This document shows, one piece after another, positions 59,567-64,000 of a DNA stretch of 64,000 bases. The notes under the pieces are model-generated. The model saw only the letters and a program-made list of their open reading frames with translations, ran no database searches and had not been told where the DNA came from. The position numbers and the translations under genes were made by a program. Position 1 is the stretch's first letter, and every line of letters starts with the position of its first letter. The stretch comes from an uncultured virus (IMG/VR IMGVR_UViG_2558309035_000001) (lineage: Duplodnaviria > Heunggongvirae > Uroviricota > Caudoviricetes), in the IMG/VR virus record IMGVR_UViG_2558309035_000001; one strand, 5' to 3'.

Positions 59567-59905
59567 TCATTTCATTTCATCCATTTCAATCTCACTAAAA
59601 TCAATCCCTTCAACACTGATTAGTTTAATTCCATAACTTCCATCTAACTCAGGAAATCCTTCCGCATCTTCAAAATCAGACAACACACCTCTTAAATTAT
59701 GAACATTAGTGGTCGCAAAACACATTGCTGTTCTACAATACAACCTACCCAGTTCATCATAAATGTTTTTTTCCAAGTCCCAATCCCAAGAGAAGAATTC
59801 TAATAACATTTTCGCATCACCTTCAGATAATTTCTCAATATCAATTTCTAAATGGGCAGAAGCATCTCCCCAGTTATATTCGTACTTATATGTTTTAATT
59901 TTCAT
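59567..59905 (-). CDS. Phage protein, DUF2528-like (frameshifted in copy 1)
   Basis: EFFSWDW...EDAEGFPELDGSYGIKLISV. Confidence 0.55.
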   Translation of the reverse strand: MKIKTYKYEYNWGDASAHLEIDIEKLSEGDAKMLLEFFSWDWDLEKNIYDELGRLYCRTAMCFATTNVHNLRGVLSDFEDAEGFPELDGSYGIKLISVEGIDFSEIEMDEMK

Positions 59906-59939
59906 TTTCTAATTTATTTTTTTTACGGTCAACCAACAA

Positions 59940-60443
59940 CTAATAACGAACATCTGACCAATGAATAATCCTTCCTTTAAAATCTGTATTGAACCAAGTA
60001 AAGAATGCCTCTACGGTGGGGAAGCCATCGTTGAGCGCTAGTTCTGTAACGTCTGTGATCCATGCGCCATCTATAAACACCAATGGTCTTTCCAATTTAC
60101 ATTTGTCCTGGTCTATCCATTGTATCTCCAGCTCCTGGATCGCGGTCACTTTTTTAACCGGTGCAAAACGCATCATACTTATTTTGCGAACATCTATATA
60201 AAAGTGAATATCCAATCCCACTTTCCAACGGTGAGCTTTGTCTTCGCGAATGGTATGCGGTTTACCGAACTCTAATTTTTTATACATAGGCATATCAAAC
60301 CTATTACAAAATAAAGCCTGTTGAAATCCGGTATCTATAGGCTCATCACCTAGACCTTTCCATAATTTCTCTACAAAATACGTTGGCTCACCTGCCAACG
60401 CTCCCATTTTCTTGGGCCACTTTGTGCTAATACCTAAGATCAT
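59940..60443 (-). CDS. ASCH/PUA-like domain protein (copy 1 at 1129-~1631)
   Basis: KPHTIRED...RWKVG...LALNDGF...FFTWF...GRIIHW. Confidence 0.7.
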   Translation of the reverse strand: MILGISTKWPKKMGALAGEPTYFVEKLWKGLGDEPIDTGFQQALFCNRFDMPMYKKLEFGKPHTIREDKAHRWKVGLDIHFYIDVRKISMMRFAPVKKVTAIQELEIQWIDQDKCKLERPLVFIDGAWITDVTELALNDGFPTVEAFFTWFNTDFKGRIIHWSDVRY

Positions 60444-60945
60444 AATTAGTTAATTTGTTAAACCTTTTCAAAAACATAGCCTTCGCTTTTTCTGGAGACC
60501 AATAACACATTAAATCTTTTTTCATAACAAAAGCATTCCATTCCGAACTTAATAATAGTGCATCGGCATCTTTAATGTACATACTATACGGATATTTAAT
60601 ACCAAATTTTTTAGCAATTACTACAGATAGATTATGTTCCAGCTCCTTATAGCAAGGCATTAATTTTTTAAAAGGACTAGGCATATCACCTAAGTAAGCC
60701 TCGCTTGCATCATGAAGTAGACCTGCTAATTCATCATTCGTTCCGGCTAAACAATCAGAAACATAGAATGAATGTTGCGCTACGCTATAAAAACCTTCTA
60801 AATGTCCACCAAACCTAGGTGTATATGCTAGTGCATGAGCAATATCTTCGATACAGATAGAATCTGGATCCAGTTTTCTAATATCAAAGCATTTTCCCGT
60901 ATAAGTTCTAATACTATTCTCTGTATATTCTTGATCTAATATCAT
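60427..60945 (-). CDS. HD-domain 5'-deoxynucleotidase-like (YfbR/YfdR-like) protein (frameshifted in copy 1)
   Basis: IEDIAHALA..PRFGGH...YSVAQHS...LLHDASEAYLGDMPSPFK. Confidence 0.85.
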   Translation of the reverse strand: MILDQEYTENSIRTYTGKCFDIRKLDPDSICIEDIAHALAYTPRFGGHLEGFYSVAQHSFYVSDCLAGTNDELAGLLHDASEAYLGDMPSPFKKLMPCYKELEHNLSVVIAKKFGIKYPYSMYIKDADALLLSSEWNAFVMKKDLMCYWSPEKAKAMFLKRFNKLTNYDLRY

Positions 60946-61926
60946 ACCGTTTCTTTTTTAGGGGTTTCTATTAATCCGTAGAAAGTATTGTTGCCGCATT
61001 TGGGACATACCTGTTCTTTACTATTGATCACACCTTCGGTTCTACGCCATTTACGCTCATCTGGCAAACCTTGCCATTTACAAACTCTTCTGGTACACTC
61101 GTACGCCACGGCGGTATCTCCGCTTCTAGTATATTTTCTTTTCGCCATAATTGATTATTGATTATTGTTAATTTATTACTGCCAACTGTTACTGCCAACC
61201 GCCTACTTATTTCGGAACCCCGTACCCTTTTTGCTTTCCCTTAAAATTAAAAATCGGATAAGGATAACTTCTTGCTTGAGCGGCATAAGCCTCTGCAGGT
61301 AGTTGCTTTCTAAAAAATTTGGTTAATCCTTCTTCAATTCTTTTGGTTACATCTACCCTTGTACCCGTGTAAAAACCGTAATCTTCCTCTTTTTTTGCCA
61401 TAATTATTTACTGTTTATTGATTATAAATTATTGTTCATTGGTTTTAATTTTGCTGTTTTGGTATCCAATGTTTGACCCATCTCGTTAGCCAACACTTCA
61501 AGCTCTTCCCAGGCTTGATAATATCCTTTTAATTGCGCGTGAATGTACTTGGCCGATCGTTCTATATCTGATGCTCTAGCCATATCAACAATCCAATTTT
61601 TTGTTAGACAATATTTTATCGCAATGTCTACAGCGTATCTGCATAGCTTCACAGGTTACCGATGATGGTAACATTTCATAATACCAGTCTGTATGCCGGC
61701 ACCCTAATTGATTAAGCCACCTAAGCAGTTTCCAAATTTTCATATAATTGATTTTAATGGTTATTAATACCTGCGTACAACAAAAATTTTGTCATCGTTA
61801 CAAAATAATTTCACGATTTGTAGTAGAAAATAGATGATGGTACCCAAGAAAAAAGCAAGAAAAAAGCTAACTACGATAAACGGTATCCCTATTAATTTTA
61901 GATATTTCATAACTCCGTTATTTAAA

Positions 61927-62235
61927 TTAAGCGGCATCACTTTTGGGCGCAATCTTTGTTTTGTACAAGTGTTCGTATAATTCAAACATTTTTTTACACC
62001 ATACTTTTTTCGATGGATCGTACCGAATTTCACCTGGTTTAATCTTGATTATTTCATGCGGAAAAAATTCGTGTGTTTTATTGAACTCTATCTCTAGAAA
62101 ATAGTAGCCATATTTTAATACCGGATAAATACCAATCCCGTTTTTGTTGCACCGGTGCATGTACGTGTATTCTTGACGTTTGCTCATCGTGGTCTTCTTT
62201 TTAAGGATAGATGACGAATACATGCATTCGCCCAC
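61927..62235 (-). CDS. Phage hypothetical protein (frameshifted in copy 1)
   Basis: Intact 102-aa ORF in copy 2; probable start MSKRQEY. Confidence 0.55.
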   Translation of the reverse strand: MGECMYSSSILKKKTTMSKRQEYTYMHRCNKNGIGIYPVLKYGYYFLEIEFNKTHEFFPHEIIKIKPGEIRYDPSKKVWCKKMFELYEHLYKTKIAPKSDAA

Positions 62236-64000
62236 AGGTTGATATACATGGGCAACGGATCGCCAAATTCATCGGCAAAATATTTAAACACCCTGCACGC
62301 CTTGAATATCTCATTAATATTCTCGCACTTTGCGAAAATGGCTGCCACTTCTAATCGCGTATATTTTTTCATATTTCTTTAAATTTTTCATTCCATTGAA
62401 CTGGAACATATATCATATTATTTTTTAACCAAGAAGCCAGCTCATCTACATCTGTATTCTCATGAATTTTTAAAGGTTGGTTCATAAACTCACCTGTAAC
62501 CATACTCTTTAACCAAAATGGTTGACCATAATTCAACGTTTTATCGTCTAATTTCAAGTCACTGGCCGTAGCTTTTCTAACTTTCATTACTACACTACAT
62601 TCTAATGTATCGCTCATAAAAAAACTTTTTAATGCTCTCGCGTTATACTTAAATAACCTTTCACGTTTCAACACTTCAACATCATTGATAATCAGATACT
62701 TACGCTTAAAAAGGTGTTGAAAGTGTTTGAAACACAAAACAGCTTCAAACACTTTCAAACAACTTCAACACCTTTTCAACACCTTACTTTTATAGTTAAT
62801 CATTTGATTTTTAGTTTATTAAGTATTATTTATTTAGGTGTTGAAACGTTTGAAGTTCAAAAGGGTAAATCTTTCTGCTCCGTATTATTTATTTTTTCTT
62901 CAGGGGTTGCAGGGGATGGAAACAAAGAGTTCTCATTCCGCTGAAAATCAACCGCAAACTTTATCTCATCTTTAATAGGTATCTCTTGTATCTGCACCAA
63001 ATAGGCAGATGTAGCCTTAGATTCTTTACCAGGCGCAAAACGGACCCCTGCGATAGTGTCTATAAATGATTTATCTTTTTTCAATGCATCCATCATTACT
63101 CCCTTAGCCGGGGCGCTATCTCTGTACTGCGTATACCATTGCCGTTGTACCCGATTGTAACAGCTGGTAAAATTGAAATACAGTCTATCACCGTCAAGTT
63201 TTAAATCACGGCCGTCTCTAATTTGGTCTGCCACCGTACCTCGCATACTCGCCAAGAAACAATCCCACCAACGATTGATTACACTAGCGCTGTTCATTTT
63301 GCTCATTTGACTATCGATAGTCTTATCGAAATGGGACATCATATCTTCATGGCTAAAAGGAAAGCTTACCTCGGGTATATTCTGAAACATCTGGTAAAAT
63401 GTTCCCAGTACCGAAAGATTTTGAACCATTCTACTCTGTGCCTCTGGTCTACGTTGTGCTAGAGTGCTCTTAAATTCTCTATACCTACCCTTGAAATTAT
63501 TTTTTACGGATGCCCTATGGTGCAAGAACATATCCGTATAGCCACTGATACCTTTTTTTACAATATCACTAAGCTTCTCGTACTCTTTTGTGTCCTCGTC
63601 ATCAAAAACGGTCTTATCCATAAACTCCCAAATAAATCTTGAAATCAAAGCTTCTTGATCGGGAGCATAATTACCGGTCATAATTACACTTGAAAGAATG
63701 GGAATGCTCTCTGTACCCACATGACTATCTATATTTCCTCTTTTATAGCCACGTCTATCCCATAATCCTTTAAGAACTCCATCTAATTTTGGATCACCGT
63801 TCTTATATTCACTTAATTGAGAAATTAAATTACAGAACTGGGCAAATTCTCGAACCTGCGCTTTAATAGTACTTACGCCACCCTCTAAGTTAATAGCGGT
63901 CTGTGGTCTTCCTGAGAAACTCTGACATACATCCGCTAATTGATCTTTACCTGAAGAAGCAGGTCCAAATAAGAACAGCATAGGGAAAGAATTTAGCTCA

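Larger units (their letters stand above)
58809..64000. repeat. Second, apparently correct copy of bases 1-~5190
   Basis: ORFs broken in copy 1 are intact here. Confidence 0.97.

Overview
The window holds one ~58.8-kb unit, apparently circular or concatemeric. Bases 1-~5190 recur at 58809-64000; the first copy has 8 single-base homopolymer deletions that look like long-read errors. The unit joins two integrative elements from a Bacteroidota host, probably Flavobacteriaceae (TAnnTTTG promoters, Q-rule signal peptides, REP-like motifs). Element 1 is a ~47.7-kb temperate tailed phage: CI/Cro switch, primase-helicase with an iteron array, tyrosine integrase, tail and tape-measure genes, portal, terminase, S49 protease, a 708-aa capsid protein, M15 endolysin, a block of signal-peptide-bearing fibre/polysaccharide-active genes, and a reverse-strand ArdC/methylase-like cassette. 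Element 2 is an 11.1-kb capsid-less satellite-like element (9067-20158): its own integrase, Xis-like HTH, AAA helicase, DUF6371 primase-like protein, TerS-like genes, and a DUF5678/retropepsin pair. The two are joined at 14-bp direct repeats from the 3' end of tRNA-Arg(ACG), and each has its own arm-type repeats and post-tRNA terminator. Other signals read from the sequence: a five-copy late-promoter motif, a CI-operator-like copy at the fibre/lysis promoter, a C4-like structured RNA leader, an unannotated 48-aa lipopeptide overlapping a multi-TM membrane gene, and two different iteron arrays in the phage. All protein calls come from motif reading, not database searches.
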